Assembly (NCBI RefSeq): GCF_006345805.1
Contig: NC_043012.1
Coordinates: 47,678,001 to 47,742,000, forward strand
Source: Octopus sinensis
Taxonomy: Eukaryota
DNA: 64,000 nucleotides
Reading direction: 5' to 3'
The notes under the pieces were generated by a model. That model ran no database searches. It saw only the letters and a program-made list of their open reading frames with translations, and had not been told where the DNA came from. The first letter of the stretch is position 1, and each line of letters starts with the position of its first letter. Shown here piece by piece: positions 13,522 to 27,564 of the stretch. The position numbers and the translations under genes were made by a program.

Positions 13522-15680
13522 AACTTCTATCCTATAGGTAGAACATAAATTTACTGTATGTACATTTGAAGCCCATTGATATAGGAGTTCGGAAAATTAT
13601 CATCTAATTTGGATTTAAATCACGATAGCATTGAAATACAGAATTCAACACCTAATGAATTGGTTTTTGTGTTTTGATGTTTGTTCTGGTTTTCATGAAA
13701 TGCAAAATAAATTAAAGAAACGAAAAGGAAATGGACTTTCGTCTAAATATATTTTGATATTCAGTATCTCACCCCTATTTTCTGTTTAGACTTATAATAA
13801 ATATACACTCTAACAACGAAATATTTCTCTTAACTACACCCCATGTATATTACAAATATTTTGTGCATTATATATTTCACTAAAATTAAGTATATGCGAA
13901 CACATTTTGAACCAGGAATTCTACTCCAAAATTTGCTGTCCAAAATAATCAATATATTATAATAGACTATATGAAGAAAAGTAACAGTAGTAAGTTTGCG
14001 ATGGAATGTAATTGCTTTTAATGTATGGAGAATTAAAACCTAACGAAAAGAAATTACCGCATGTTTGAGTGTTTGATTGCGCGATTGACGTGAAGAGTAC
14101 GAAAGAACCATGTTACAAATATGTTGTTCTAATATCTAATTTAGGAAAGTTTTAAAAAGTTGACATTGTCGTTTATTTCAAAGAGAAATTAAACAATAAA
14201 CAAACTAACACTAATTACAAAGAAAAACATGCAATGTCAGCTTAAGCAGAAGTAAACAGCAACGTAAAGTAAGATGCCATAGAAACAAATGTAATGTTAA
14301 AGCGTAACACACGAAAGATCAAAAGAAAACATTGACACTCATCGAATTAGAATCATTAGAAAACAATGGTGGAACATTTTTTTTCAAATCAGCGAACTTA
14401 GAAAACAGGAGAAACCGAATAGATTGAATTAAAATGACGCAAAATGAGCAAATATGATACAGTGTTGCTGGAGTCGGACTATTTTAAGTGTTTAGAAACG
14501 GATTTTAGAATTTGAGTAAAAGAGGTTAAAGAAACAAAACCTGGTCGTACATTGACACAGTATGTAAATACTCCTTTATGGCCACAATGTTTCTGTATAC
14601 CAGTAAGTAACTCTATACAAAACTGTGTTCATGAATCAGTTAACAATACCTACATGTTGGACCTGGAAATGCGTATTATCCACATCTTTCTCATATAACG
14701 TACAAGTGTATGCAAAAGAAAATGTATCCTGAATTCTGCACCCTTGGTATAGACAAACAGTAAAAATGAAATGTTGAAAATCGAATCTAATTTGATCCTA
14801 CATTTTCTCATTAGGTCTAACCAACTGTTAAAATGCAATAAAGACTTACACTGTTCGTTGCTTCTTAGATATAAATAAATTAAATTTTCCTTAAAATTCA
14901 GTTCATTGGTGTTATTTCACAAACATGTTTAACGTAAGTTTTAGGTTAGTTGTCATAAATCGTTAAAAGTTGTATTGCTCACATTGATAGGGCTTGAATA
15001 TAATAATATTTGCTTATAAATTATTTTTACGTTGGTTGAATTTGCACAAACGGAAATTCTGCTTATCCACTTTCATCCTTTTTATTTCTAAAGAAGAAAT
15101 AATATAATATTGATTTCAATAGTTGACACAAGATAGCAATTTCGGGGAAGGGGCTAAATTTATTACATTCATGCTGGGATTCAACGGGTGCTTCAATCTA
15201 TCCACCCCGAAATAATGAAATGCAATATCAACCCCTGCGGAATTTCCTGAACGTGAAAATTGACAAAATCTTGCTAAGCATTTCGCTAACGAATCTGCCA
15301 GCTTCGAAATGCATATTATATGTCACTTTATAAACTTAAATGTAAGATGTATTGTAAGTAATATGTATAATAGTAGTTTACTTGCACAAACGTCATATGC
15401 TTACTGATGTTCAGTTGGCCTCATTAGAAGATCTGTAAACCCATATATTACAGAATTCATCTCCTTCATTTAAATGTCTCTACCTAAGATTTTATACGAG
15501 AAATTTTTGTTTATTTAGTTCATGACAGGTCACTATGTTTGTGGTCTCTTCAGTTTTCAATTAAATAAGGTAGCATAAGAGAACAAAACATAGAAATGCT
15601 TGAACATTATTTTTTATCCCGGGTTAAACAAAGGATTTCTAACGTAAATTTACAGGATGGTGCAAACAATCCGCATATAC

Positions 15681-15849
15681 CACAATATCGGTGCTTGAAA
15701 ATAAAGACACTTTTTATGCCTATCCCCATAAGTCGTGAAATGGAATCATCCTTTCCCGTCACGAGTAACATTGCATCAGACTTTTTTAAATATAATTTTC
15801 GAATATTTTGCTTCTTATCCGCCGATATTTCAAACATCTTAACTTTTTT
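15681..15849 (-). pseudogene. CATSPERG-like pseudo-exon (open frame)
   Basis: NIRKLYLKKSDAMLLVTGKDDSISRLMG ungapped against [28 protein letters not shown]; bounded by AG and GT. Confidence 0.55.
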
Positions 15850-17259
15850 CTATTTATTAAACCTCCTTAGATTTATGTTCATTGGAATAATCACAACACG
15901 AGGATTATACATATATATATATATATATAGACATGCTCGCACACATACATATGAATATGCATGCATATATATATATATACATATATATATATGTATGTAT
16001 GTATGTATGTATATGTATATGTTTCTCACTGACTCGTATGTTAAAAACACGATTAAGAGGTGTTAGCAGCGTGAACAGACAACCAAATTTAAGTGCTCTT
16101 TTCTTTCAATGGCATGGATATTTCAAATATAACAAAATATAAAACCAAAAATGATATAAAGACATAGAAAACAATTAAACAAAAATATTTAAGAAAACTG
16201 CAGGTACTAAACAAACTAACTATAATTTAATGTAAATATCAAAATCTATCTTTCAATTTTCTTTTGACATTTACATCAAACTTTGCCCGTCATAAAAACT
16301 GAATGACAGTACAATTCATAAAATCGTCAGTGGAAACATAAAAACTTCGTGTGTAGAAATCATCTAGAATCCTAACACATGTTTTTGACATATTTGGTTC
16401 ACGATTTTGATAGTAGATATATTGTGAAAATTTATTTTTTAAAAACACCTCTAAGTGACATTCCATTTGTTTACATTAAGCTCTCATACCTTCATGCAGC
16501 CTAGTGATAGAATCACTATAGAAACGATTCAGTATAGTTTAATGGAATTACATTAATTTGTTTCGTTCCGTTACACTTTTGTTCAAATAATTCCCATTTT
16601 TATCTTCCTTGTTCTTATTTTGGGATCTATGAAATATGCACACATTTGCAATAGAACCGATTCAATTGAACTTACATTAGAGTAATGGAAGCACATAAGA
16701 ATTGTTTCTTAAACGGCTGCTACATGTAAATTATAATTATACATCGATATATGATTGTTTAGCTGGGATCAAACAACTACCGCAAAGACACCAAAACTAT
16801 CTTAACTATTGTTCGAATAAAGAAAACTGTTAAGCTCTTTGCAAGAAATTATTCTTTAATTAGTTTATTCTGGGTACACATCAGTTTATTATATAACTTA
16901 AGTACATCTGAAAACAGTTTTTTAGGGCTTTCCAGCTACAGGCCAGAGAGAAAATATACGAATTAATTATTTAAAACGACAGCCGTAAAGAACTTATGTT
17001 ATCATATATTACTGAACTTTCTCAGACACTTTTAACTTTTAGAATGAAGAAGTAGAATATTCTGGCGTCCGGGATTTTTCCACGTGCAATAATTCAACAA
17101 AGGAATTTGCATTAGTTTCCCTTTATTATTGAAAACACATTTTAGTCTCGGCTGGCAAGGAGTGAAACCATTTCTCGATGATACTAATTTTCTGTTCAGT
17201 TATGTTGTTGTCGTCATCATCATCATCACCATCATTATCATCACCTGCTTATCGTCCAC

Positions 17260-17620
17260 CCTCACCATTTGAATGCTAAGATAACAGCTTCGGACCTTGT
17301 TTTCCTTATGATTCACTGTATCTTAAGACCATTTCATTCCTGAGATTATCTATTCACATATTTTCTTCGTTTTTCTTTCTTCCATTTTCATATATTCTGC
17401 CTTCTATTAACAGTTAAACATTTTTTTTCTAATTAACTGTCCGAAATATTTTAGTTTTCTTTTTCGTTAGTATCTAATAAAACTTTCTTAGTTTTTGCAA
17501 TTCTTAGTATTTTATTATTGGTTCTATGTTTTGTTCATGATAATCTTAAATGTCTTCTGTATTAACTACATTTCAAAAGCATCTAATTTATTTGATAATA
17601 CTCTTTTGTATGCAATTATA
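17260..17620 (-). mobile_element. RTE-like LINE 3' fragment
   Basis: KLDAFEM*, then YRRHLRLS*TKHRTNNKIL...KRKLKYFGQLIR. Confidence 0.7.
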
Positions 17621-19471
17621 TAGTTGTTAAAACAATTGATCTGTCATTGTGACGTTATATTTTTATAGTTGTATTTTCGAGAGAAAAAATATTCAAAATA
17701 TAAAAAAGTATTCAATATGATAAATATTAACCGAAAACATAAATTATAGTTAAATCTTGGCTATTAAGAAAATGTGGACAAAGACACTTTATGTTAATTG
17801 ACAGCATTTTTATTAACTGTACTTTTCCTCTTTCCTCGTGTAATAAAAGTCGGGCGCTTTTAGAAACTATTATGTAACACAGCATCCTCAGAGCAAATAA
17901 TTTTTTTGCATTGAAAATGATTAGCTACCGTATATCAAAAAGAATTGTTACAGAAATATTCACACATCCTTCATGAAATAAAAACGTAATGGGTCTTTTT
18001 TTTTCTTTGAAGAACCATAGAGGAATTGCTATTTATTTTTAAATGTGAAATATGACTTCTAACATATAATTTTATGCTCAAAATAAAACTTTGCATTCAA
18101 ATATTATTTCTTTCATATATTTTATATTAAATTGTAAATAGTTTAAATTTGTACAGATTTATACTAATAATTAAATTAATTTCCCTAAACTGTATGTTAA
18201 AAAGAGGGAGGATTTCCTAACTTCTACGCAATCCAAACAGTATAATGTCATTAAGAACTTATATTCCGATGCCTAATACTATTACAAACTAATTTCAGGA
18301 TATATCCCCACAATCTGAATAACTTAGAAATAAATATGCATGACTAACCTTGGCTTGGATAATGAAGGTACAAATCTCTCTGTACAGAGAAATGTTCCTA
18401 CTTCACAGGAACATTATTTTTGCTTTCCACCATGTATATATATACATATATTACAGAGATGAACTTGCATAGCAAGTGACCTGGTGGAAGGTATTTATAA
18501 GCCATTTAAGAATCACGCAAAAACCGTTAGGATCACTTCAACATTGGAACTTAATTTGCCAAAACACTTTCGTCGCTTTGAGACCGCGACATATGCACGG
18601 GCAAAATTCCGTGCTGGATCTCTTTTTGTGTGTTTGTTAAATAGTTTATAAACACCTTCCACCCTGCAATTCAGATTAAACAATTACATTTATGTTGCTC
18701 TTTCTCGGTTAGGAATATCAATGCTTTTTAAAAAAGTTATTGTGGTCCATGCTACAATGTTTCGGTGAAAAATATAGGGCAGTTTTTCTAAAAAAAATAT
18801 TCCTGTTAATCAAAATCTTAATTGAATGAGATGTCCTAATATGCAATATGAAAGAATATTGTCAAATTTCACTTGGTCTTGCAAGACCAAAATTTTCTCT
18901 TAAAGATTCGGTGACCTATGCACAGTATCCATATTCATATTTAAATCTGCTTTGCGTTTTACATATTCCTCTGTATTGAAATATCAATTGATTCTGTCTA
19001 CGTAGATGCCATATTTCTATAGCTTTTTGAAATTTACTGATACAAACAAGCCGAGCCACGTAGGAATGATTGTTTGATTAGTCCAAGGACTCCTAAAGTC
19101 AGCGATTGAATGATGGAACTTAGCGGTAAATACTAATCTACACTGTTTATTATTTATTATTGGAAAACATACATAATGTTATATTTATATAGTATATTAT
19201 GGCTGTCTAGACAATTGTTGTGACTCCAACTCTATGAAACCTCTGTTCATACATCTAAATATATCTCCTGCCAAGAGCCATATTGTTGCTAGAGTTTCGA
19301 TATTAGTTGAAAGAAACCTATATTTGATCTTCAGAGCTGGCCAATTATATTTCTTCGGTTGAATAGGTTCAATACATTAAAGAATAGGTATGTATATTTA
19401 TATGTATGTATTTATGTGCATATATATATATATACATATGCATACATATTTAAATACACGCACACACACAA

Positions 19472-19534
<63 letters not shown>

Positions 19535-19848
19535 TATATTGACCAGTTACCTATTGATATAGAGAAGGGCTAATAGAATTCAGTATGTTTTGTTACAATT
19601 GAATGTTGGATATATACATAAAATATAGTTTACGTCAGATTAAATAATTTCAAAAAATATCTAATTGAGCTTAGTTTTGTTTCAAATGTCATGACCTGAA
19701 CTTGCTTTCAAGTCCAATGTAATAAAACCAAATGAACTTATGATAAGATAAAATAACTAAGATGAATGAAGTTATTTTTTTCCACATTTCAGAAATTCCA
19801 AAATACCTTTCAATCTATCTGAACATAGTATATCGCATTCTATCTATC

Positions 19849-19849
<1 letters not shown>

Positions 19850-19899
<50 letters not shown>

Positions 19900-19955
19900 A
19901 TATATATATATGTGTGTGTGTACATACGTATATGCGTATATATATTTACATTTGC

Positions 19956-19999
<44 letters not shown>

Positions 20000-20268
20000 A
20001 GATAGATGGATATAGATATATGTATGTATATATATATATATATATATATAAATAATACATATATGTATATGTATATTTGTATATATATATATGTATATAT
20101 ATATATTATATATATATATATGTGTGTGTGTGTGTATGTAAATATATATGTACAATATAAATATATAATTGTATGTAAGCATTTATATATATATAAATAA
20201 TACATATATGTATATGTATATTTGTATATATATATATAATATGAATATATATACATATATGGATTTTA

Positions 20269-20315
<47 letters not shown>
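19850..20315. repeat. Long (CA)n/(TA)n compound microsatellite, one of dozens in the window
   Basis: Read directly; such tracts produce the YIYI/THTH pseudo-ORFs. Confidence 0.95.
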
Positions 20316-20317
<2 letters not shown>

Positions 20318-20821
20318 TTGCAATTCTTTCTCAAATGTGATTAAGAGTACAACTATAACTATATAACGTATATATCATTAAAAAGTCATATATCAATATA
20401 TATCACATCTATTTATTTTTTGAGTAGTAGAATCTGCAGAATAAAAGAAAGTGAACCAATAAAAATATCTAGGCAGAGATAAAAATTAAAGAAAGATAAG
20501 AATAGGAACAAAATAATTGAAAAAGTAATGGTCATGAAATATGTATAGATTAATCTTTGACGTTTGTCAATAGCTGTTATGCTATTCTTTGCGTACGGTT
20601 TCAAAGCCTGGGTGTCTGCAGGGTAAAGCCAGATATATTACAGGGGAAAAAAACCAAGATAAAATGCTCAAATCGCATGAGTGTGTATATGTGTGTGTGA
20701 CTGTATATGTGAGTGTGTCTGTTTGTATATATATAAATATTATATATATATATATGTATATATATTATATATATTATATATTATATATGTAATATTATAT
20801 ATATATGTAAACATACATACA

Positions 20822-20875
<54 letters not shown>

Positions 20876-21490
20876 GTATATATATATTAAGAATGAGACA
20901 CATAAGAGAGAGAGAGATATTTAGTTATACACACACACACACATATATATATATGCCCACATATGTTTACGCACACATGTATGCACATATGTGCATATAT
21001 CAGTGTGTTCATTTCTGTATGTCTACTGATGTGCGTCTCTGTTTGACTACACATAAAAGGTGACGACAGTTATACATAAATACATACATGTATATTATAC
21101 ATCAGATGTATATGTGCATAAAATACAAATGCAATTTATGTATATGTACGCATGCCTGCATAAGAACACCTGCATATTTACCGATGTATTTATGATTCTC
21201 TTTTTTTTAACTCTCGTTGTAAAAGGTCAACTGTTATGTGGGAAAGACAAATGAAAAGAATATACAATAAATTTAATGAAAGCGAAAACTGTTTTAAACA
21301 GGTTTCCGTTAATATTCCATTAAACATTACGCAAGAAAAAGGTCAAAACATGCAAGCAAAAACACAGAAGAAATGTATATATATATATATATATATATGA
21401 TAAAATCTGTCGAAAATACAGAGCATATTTCGACAAACAAATGCATATATTTGCGATTGAATAACTGGCCTCATACTCGTATGCTCTTAC

Positions 21491-21624
21491 CAATCCTTGA
21501 CAAAACATAATAGCTTTTCCCAGAACTGCATCTATACATTCTTTCCCACTTTTTCTTGCAGTCAAACGGCAGCTTAATGCTACTCTCAGATCTTGCGTGA
21601 CACACCTTGCTCATTCTGTTAATC
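21491..21624 (-). pseudogene. CATSPERG-like pseudo-exon with TGA at a Trp position
   Basis: ag|(G)LTE*ARCVTQDLRVALSCRLTARKSGKECIDAVLGKAIMFCQGL|gtaaga vs [37 protein letters not shown]. Strong donor; another frame is also open. Confidence 0.5.
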
Positions 21625-21763
21625 CTATTACAGTGTATAATTTTTTTATTGCTGATTGTTATCACGTCTCTTATTTGTTTCCCAATTCTACTCAATTTCG
21701 CGATATTAATACCACTGTTGCTCGAGCTAGATGTAGGGATATGGAACACTTTCATTTATATAG

Positions 21764-21802
<39 letters not shown>

Positions 21803-21804
<2 letters not shown>

Positions 21805-21953
21805 CGTAGGAGTGACTGTGTGGAAAGTAGTTTTCTTACCAGCCACATGGTTCCGGGTTCAGTCCCACTGCGTGGCACCTTGGGCAAATGTATTCTATTA
21901 TAGCTTGGGACGACCAAATCCTTGTGAGTTGATTTGGTAGAAGGAAACTGAAA
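21803..21953 (+). mobile_element. SINE family A, 5' part
   Basis: ggcgtaggagtgactgtgtgg...ggttccgggttcagtcccactgcgtggcaccttgggcaa. Confidence 0.85.
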
Positions 21954-22689
21954 CATATACATATATACATTCACATACACACATTGAAGCACATACGCGG
22001 ACACACAAACACACACAACCCCCCACAACCCTCCATATATATATATATATATATATACCGATGAATTTAACAGAATGTCTTCGCGGATTTTCGAAATAGC
22101 ACACCCACATAATTTTCTCTCTACATCCTTGCAAATAATAAGGGAAAAGAATTTTTGAAACTTCATCAATTTGTTGAAACACCCTTCCCACACTGAAAAA
22201 TTTGGAATTCAGTGGTCACCATTGCAATTCTCAATTCTTTTATTTTCAAAGTAAGAATGGAAAGTAGGTGCAGGACGATACACCGGGATCACTTTACTGC
22301 ATTAAGTTACAGAAAACTACTGTTAATTGTTGGATAACGAACAAGGCATTTTATAAAATTTGAAAGGGAAATAGAAGGAAAAGAATTGCTTCAGAAAAAA
22401 CGAGAGAAGGGACAGAAAGAGAGAGAGACACAAAATCCAATGAGGGAATAAAGAGAGAAAAAAGAAAACAAAGAAAAGATTGGAGAGGAAACTAGAAAGA
22501 AGGAAAAGGGAAAATGCAGAGAGAGAGAGAATGGCTTATCTCACCATGAACTCAACACTTGACACTGGTTCTCTCTACGTAATGCAATAAAGCGTTCCCA
22601 TTGTGATTTTATCCAGGGTAATGCACATTTTACACCCATTGAAGGATTCAAGTCAACCATAGTTTTGAACAGAGTGTTCCGGCTAATAA

Positions 22690-24990
22690 CACTGGTCAAC
22701 AAGTATTTTTCCCTAAGCATATATCAAGGTATACTTAGTGTAGTTTTTAATGCTAATTTCAAATATACAATTAGTTTTTTGACATCACGTACAGTTTTTA
22801 AGGTGAGAAAGTCTTTTGGTTTTTATCTCATGTATTATATAGAAATTCCATTTAATGACGTGTATGCATGTATTTCATTTACATCATGGAAACATACCTT
22901 TAAAATAAACTGCATTAGTCATTGCTGCATAGTTCAGATGCAATATTTCATCATCTTAAATTAACCAATAATGTTTTATCTGATGAAAGATATTTCAACA
23001 TCTCAAATTCTCAAGTCATAATTGGTCTGATGGAATAGTTGTAATGGTTTATCATCTTAAATTTAATATCAGTATAACCGATTTTATATATTTCCTTGCT
23101 TGTTTTACAATGTTAACAATGTCAAGTCGGTGTAGAATTCGTGCTGATGTGTTTTGTTATGTCAGTGGATAATTTATCGTGAAATCTCAAAAACGTAAAT
23201 TAACATCAGAAATCAAGAAGATTCATAAGCTATACTTTGATTATCTTCTTGGAGATCAAGACAAGTAATGGGCATCACATTCTATCTAATCAGCTTGCTC
23301 TAATGGTTTACATGACTGTTTCAATAATAAGTGCATGCCTTTTGCCATTCGAATGACATGGAAGGAGCCGAAAGATCATTTTAATGACTATTATTTTTGC
23401 AAAGTATATGTCAGCATTTTTCTATGAAGAAAAGAACACAAAATTGTGTATCCCAATTTGGATTCTGCAATGAGACTTGTGCTTCACAATGGAAGTCTGC
23501 CAATTCCCTTTCAGCCGGATGATGGTAAGGAAACATCAGATGACGATGCTGACTGTCACGATGGTGCTTCTGACGAAGATTACGTGGCCGATGGCGATAA
23601 CTTTGAACCTCAGATTATTTCCCAAGCTTAATTGAATGACGTTATCAGAAACCTATCTCTCTCAAAAGATAAAGCAGAACTGTTTGCATCAACAATGAAA
23701 GAGAAATATCTACTAGAGCACGGTATTCGTATAGCTTATATTCGGCAGAGAAATGTGGTTCTACAAACGTGTTTTTCTGCTGAAGGCCCGCTTTGCTTTT
23801 GCAGTGACATCGATGGAATTTTCGAATGTTTATCACAAAATCATAATCCTGCAGAGTGACGTTTGTTTATCGACTCTTCATTACGAATTTTAGAAGCTGT
23901 ACTTCCTCCATAATGGTAATTTGAAGCCCTCCATTCCTCCTATTGCACACTCCGTTCATCTTCATGAATATGGAATATGGAACTTTTATTTCATTTCATT
24001 GCCTGTGAAAAATATTCATGGAAAATATGTGAAAATTTAAAAATCATTGGAATGATAATGATAATGCCGTCAGGTTTCACGAAATATTGTTGCTTCTTGT
24101 GTCTATGGGATAGTCAAGCAACTTACAGACATCATTCGGAATCAAACTGGCAGACAAAAACAGTCAGGACTCTCTAGCGTGAATAATACAACTCTTGTAG
24201 ATCCATGTAATATCCTATTGCCTCCTTCGCACATAAAGCCTGGAATGATGAAACAGTTTGAAACGATACCAGGGAAGAAAAATGCCAGAGGCTTTGAGTA
24301 TACCGTAGAAAAGTTTCTCAAAATCATACAGGCGAAAATTGAAAGAGGGTATCCTTGTCGGATCCCAAATTAGAAAAAAATACTCAATTATGTTCATTTA
24401 AAGACTAGATGAACTAGAACTGCCTGCTTGCAATGTTTTCACTTGAATTTGTGAGAATCTCTTGGGCAACAAGAAGGCAATGGACTGCAGGAAGTGCATC
24501 AAGAATCATCTGAAATTTTACTCAGCATTCGGTTGACGCATGTCACTGAAAGTTTTGTTCGAGGTCTCCCATCTGAATTTCTTCGCAGATAACCTTGCAG
24601 CAGTGTCTGATGAACATTGTGAAAGATTTTCCAAGAACATTAGTGATATGGAGAAACGGTACCAATGCTCCTGAAATAAGGGTATGGTGGCTGACTACTG
24701 AAGGATACTTTACCGCGAACAACCAGATCAGTGACACCGCAGGAAATCCAAATGACAATGTTTCTAACTTTGTTTTGCCTGACCCATTTTTTGTGTATTC
24801 ATTCATAGTGATGCTTTTTAACCCAATCCTCATTTACTTTCTACAAATATGTCTTTATTTATTACGTTAATGATTTCATATAAACAAATATGTAAATATT
24901 TGCATGCATCTACTGAAAAACTGAAGACTGTGCTGCCTATCAAAGGAGTAAAATTTTGAAATTAGCGTGAAAAATTGGCCTACAAAAGGT
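22690..24990 (+). mobile_element. CMC/Chapaev3-like DNA transposon fossil
   Basis: taa|CACTGGTCAACAAG 5' end; subterminal inverted motif (gctaatttcaaa / tttgaaattagc); decayed ORF 23119-~24756 with FCYV..GDQDK*W, GFTKYCCFLCLWDS, LLPPSHIKPGMMKQF, AVSDEHCERF. The 3' terminus was not found. Confidence 0.8.
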
Positions 24991-25063
24991 GTTATCTTAA
25001 TTTCTTTTATATATACGCGTATGCGTTATTGTGCGAGAGAGTATTTGTGTGTGTTGTGTGTGT

Positions 25064-25136
<73 letters not shown>

Positions 25137-25944
25137 GTGTGTGTATGTATGTGTGTGTGTATGTGTGTATGCGAACGCACACACACACACACACCACACA
25201 CACACACACATATATATATATATACACATATATCTATAATTTGTTTCTTTTGATCGCCACGTTTTTCTCTCTATTTATTCTGTATATTGTCATTTTTTCT
25301 CCCATTCTTTTGTTTCGATAACCCCTCTCTCTATCTCTCTCTCTCTTCCTTTCTACCTATCTATGACTCTCGCTCTTTCTTTGCTAATTTTTTTCATACT
25401 TCCTTCACAAAATACTTATAAAACGCTTCGGTATCTTCCAAAACCTAATATTAGTTCACTGTTTTACTCAAGAACTGAACGCCCCCCACCCCCCGGCCTA
25501 TGCACCAAACCTACTATCTGGGGATCGTGAGTCCACACCCTCGCCACTACACCTCACGATTTTACACTCAAACACACGCGCACGTTTGCACACGCACACA
25601 TGTATATATCAGGTCATTAAAAACGAAATGTCCGATTTTGAATTGAAAGTTAATCAAAGTGTCCTCCTAAATTATCGACACAATTTTGCCATTTTATCGG
25701 AATCAAATTTATGCTGGCAGCATAAATACAGAGAAATACACACAGGCATACATATCTATATCGGCAACAAGTACTGTCGTCACTAAAGTGTCGGAGGGTG
25801 CTAGTAGCTACCAGCGTTGCTAGAAATAAGGGTCAAACCCAATTACTAGCAACCTCCATCATTTTAGTGACGATTGTACTTGTTCCCTATCGTTTTTAAA
25901 TTGCGAAAAAGCCACCATCATACTTACCACACAGACACTCCTGC

Positions 25945-26006
<62 letters not shown>

Positions 26007-26119
26007 ATATATATATACATATTTATATATATACATATATACATATATATATATATACAAACAAATATATATATATATATAATATACATATATACATATA
26101 TACATATATATATATACAA

Positions 26120-26153
<34 letters not shown>

Positions 26154-26185
26154 GTATATACATATATGTATATATATATATATAT

Positions 26186-26230
<45 letters not shown>

Positions 26231-26246
26231 TATATATATATATATA

Positions 26247-26692
26247 CCCTTTAATGAATATATAAGTTGTATGCCCTCTCCTTCATATTGAAGGCAATAA
26301 TAGTGCCTAATCGGACAGGATTATATTAATTACTGTAAAGGATCCAGCAAATTTTTAGATGATATGGATATTCTGTAGGAAAATTAGAGAAGAAGTGACA
26401 TAACGTTTAGCAGATAGGAGAATAAAGATGGTGTCCTGGTATGCCATTACATAACCAATGTTGTCAATATTGAGTAGTTGTATCCAAAATAACATGCCTA
26501 TCGGGGGTACTCAAAATGTAGGATAGGCTAAAGCTTGTTAAAATATCCATATAATCAACTGAGTCGTATCTATTCCACTTCGCAGCATCATATTGCTGAG
26601 ATTCTTGTATCATGTAACTATTTCTGATCTTGATTTAAGCAGTTGTGCGGAGTTCTTTGATCCAATGAGAGTGTGACGTCTTTGAGTTCGAA
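26247..26692 (-). mobile_element. Penelope-like 3' remnant
   Basis: Minus strand [18 protein letters not shown] resembles the LLN.RSE C-terminus of Penelope ORFs; lies between microsatellites. Confidence 0.45.
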
Positions 26693-26695
26693 ATG

Positions 26696-26729
26696 TATCT
26701 ATCTATCTATCTAACTATCTATCTATCTA

Positions 26730-26809
<80 letters not shown>

Positions 26810-26845
26810 TCTATCTATCATCTATCTATCTATCTATCTATCTAT
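26696..26845. repeat. (TATC)n-(TGTC)n-(TATC)n microsatellite
   Basis: Read directly. Confidence 0.95.
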
Positions 26846-26869
26846 TTATATATATATATTATAATATAT

Positions 26870-27246
26870 AATATAGAAATTCAGGGTGAGTACTTGATAA
26901 TTGTAAGCACCTGTATATACCGTTTGGGGGTGTGTAGGTGGTGAGTAAATTAATCTAAATAAAAACATGATGCCAAGGATTCAGCGGTACATATGTTTCG
27001 GGCTTTATTAGACGGATTTATAACAATGCATAATGTGTGTCTATGGCCTTCTTCAAGCCGCGCACAACTACTACCTCAAGGACATGTATTACATCAAAAA
27101 GTTTTGATGTAATACATGTCCTTGAGGTAGTAGTTGTGCGCGGCTGAAGAAGCCATAGACACACATTATGCATTGATATAAATCCGTCTAATAAAGGCCC
27201 GAAACATATACCGCTGAATCCTTGGCATCATGTTTTTTTTTGATTA

Positions 27247-27250
<4 letters not shown>
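26870..27250. mobile_element. Fold-back Penelope-type terminal element in (TA)n
   Basis: ~150-bp inverted arms 26947-27250 with a 2-nt loop at 27100-27101; hammerhead motif in each arm. Confidence 0.8.
27140..27214 (+). ncRNA. Minimal hammerhead pair (mirror 26984-27061 on -), each arm with a different lesion
   Basis: Consensus of the two arms: GCGG-CTGAAGA-A GGCC...GGCC C-GAAAC-ATAT-GTA^-CCGC. Confidence 0.65.
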
Positions 27251-27301
<51 letters not shown>

Positions 27302-27518
27302 GTAGGTCCCGGGTTGATTCGGGGTTAACCACAGTAAATAAGGTACTCAAACATAGCAGATTAGAGTAAAATTAATTATTATATAGAAGGAGCTTCTACA
27401 GGACTAGAACTGTTTCATTCAAGAGAAATCTTCAGGAAGCTCAGGAAGCTTCCTGAAGATTTCTCTTGAATGAAACAGTTCTAGTCCTGTAGAAGCTCCT
27501 TCTATATAATAAATAAAT
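27302..27518. mobile_element. Fold-back Penelope-type terminal element in (TA)n
   Basis: ~65-bp inverted arms, each holding an intact hammerhead; flanked by (TA)n. Confidence 0.8.
27447..27497 (+). ncRNA. Type I hammerhead ribozyme (mirror copy 27391-27441 on -)
   Basis: AGCTTC-CTGAAGA-T TTC tctt GAA T-GAA-ACAG ttctagtc CTGT-A^-GAAGCT; all three stems pair; GUA cleavage triplet. Confidence 0.85.
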
Positions 27519-27520
27519 AT

Positions 27521-27564
<44 letters not shown>

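Noticed and set aside
18450-19370. Possible old Penelope remnant (gtcgc/gcgac stem plus GAAA on -)
   Set aside because: Core too degenerate and no convincing protein motif.
20413-20617. Hydrophobic ORF resembling a TM terminal exon
   Set aside because: Hydrophobicity follows from T-rich sequence and it does not fit the colinear CATSPERG order.
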